Part shown: piece after piece, positions 63,456 to 64,000 of the stretch
Layout of the letters: every line of letters starts with the position of its first letter
How positions within the stretch are numbered: the stretch's first letter is position 1
Source of the DNA: a virus
DNA: 64,000 bases
Virus record (IMG/VR): IMGVR_UViG_3300046492_000199
Direction: 5' to 3' (one strand)
Translations under genes and position numbers: made by a program
The notes under the pieces: model-generated
The model's database searches: none
What the model saw: only the letters and a program-made list of their open reading frames with translations
What the model was told of the DNA's origin: nothing

Positions 63456-63777
63456 TACCTATGGCTACTACTGGCTCCCAAAAGAAATCGTTATGCGTTA
63501 TCTGGAACTAGCAGGTCTGTCATATATTTTTGACCCTGATGGTGGGTGGAGCAACGAAAAGAAATGGACAGTTAACGGCAAGCCGTTTGATCCAGACGAT
63601 GAAATCGAGCGTCACGACACTTTACTTGTCCAAGCCGTGGAAGAATTCGAAGACTCTTTCGGGAGTCATTTAAACATTGAAGAAGTACCAGCTGGTACGC
63701 ATTACATGATTGAAGATTATGACGGAAAAGAAATGATCCGTATTCGAGAAAATATTAATTGGAGAATAGCAGAATAA
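63433..63777 (+). CDS. hypothetical phage protein between rIIA and rIIB
   Basis: RHD.LLVQAVEE..IEEVP....Y.IE.YDG.E. Confidence 0.7.
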   Translation: MAKILLHNTYGYYWLPKEIVMRYLELAGLSYIFDPDGGWSNEKKWTVNGKPFDPDDEIERHDTLLVQAVEEFEDSFGSHLNIEEVPAGTHYMIEDYDGKEMIRIRENINWRIAE

Positions 63778-64000
63778 TGACTTTTGGATTTGTACAAACT
63801 GGTCGCGGCGGCGTCAATCTTTTCTTTGGCGCTAAGCCAGTTGCGGTAGACCCGACCCACCTCTATTATAACGAAATTTTGGAAGAATTGAAGAAAGGTG
63901 CAACGTCTTGGAGCGTGGATCGACTCAAGGAGCTTTCCAACATCCCTGAAGCGATTAAGGGCCTGCTTTATGGTGACGTAACTGTCACAGATGGTGAAAT
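63777..64000 (+). CDS. rIIB: RIIB-like protein, 5' part (runs off the window; not in the ORF track)
   Basis: Translated by hand: MTFGFVQTGRGGVNLFFGAKPVAVDPTHLYYNEILEELKKG..GDVTVTDGE; position after rIIA. Confidence 0.6.
   Translation, partial: MTFGFVQTGRGGVNLFFGAKPVAVDPTHLYYNEILEELKKGATSWSVDRLKELSNIPEAIKGLLYGDVTVTDGE

Noticed and set aside
1-64000. CRISPR array or long tandem repeat
   Set aside because: No regularly spaced identical repeats were seen; the repeated elements are dispersed promoter-leader cassettes.

Overview
The window is 64 kb of a large lytic dsDNA bacteriophage genome, densely coded and mostly small hypothetical ORFs. An alphaproteobacterial host is a weak inference from promoter style. 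A long leftward (minus-strand) arm runs from about 2.2 to 38.2 kb and a rightward arm from about 38.3 to 59.8 kb. A short minus block at 59.9-61.0 kb is followed by rIIA/rIIB. Genes recognisable by motif: five free-standing HNH nucleases, two HD hydrolases, an amino-methyltransferase, a nucleotidyltransferase, YqeY, a ClpB-like ATPase whose first ATPase ring looks dead, an HNH-RNA ligase fusion with a cyclic-phosphate receiver partner, an ATP-grasp protein, an RNA polymerase alpha-CTD-like protein, a metallophosphoesterase, an NAD salvage set (PnuC, NadR-like, NadM-Nudix, NAMPT), a MotA/ExbB-like membrane trio, a primase-SF3 helicase and rIIA/rIIB. The most unusual signal is non-coding. Two tandem tRNA-bodied RNAs (23068-23315 and 22804-23027, minus strand, own promoter) have complete acceptor, D and T arms and an encoded CCA. 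In each, the 7-nt anticodon loop is replaced by a 155-nt structured insert containing stacked in-frame stop codons. A second non-coding signal is a repeated promoter plus C-bulged hairpin leader cassette in the left arm. All protein calls come from reading motifs by eye; no database search or folding program was run.
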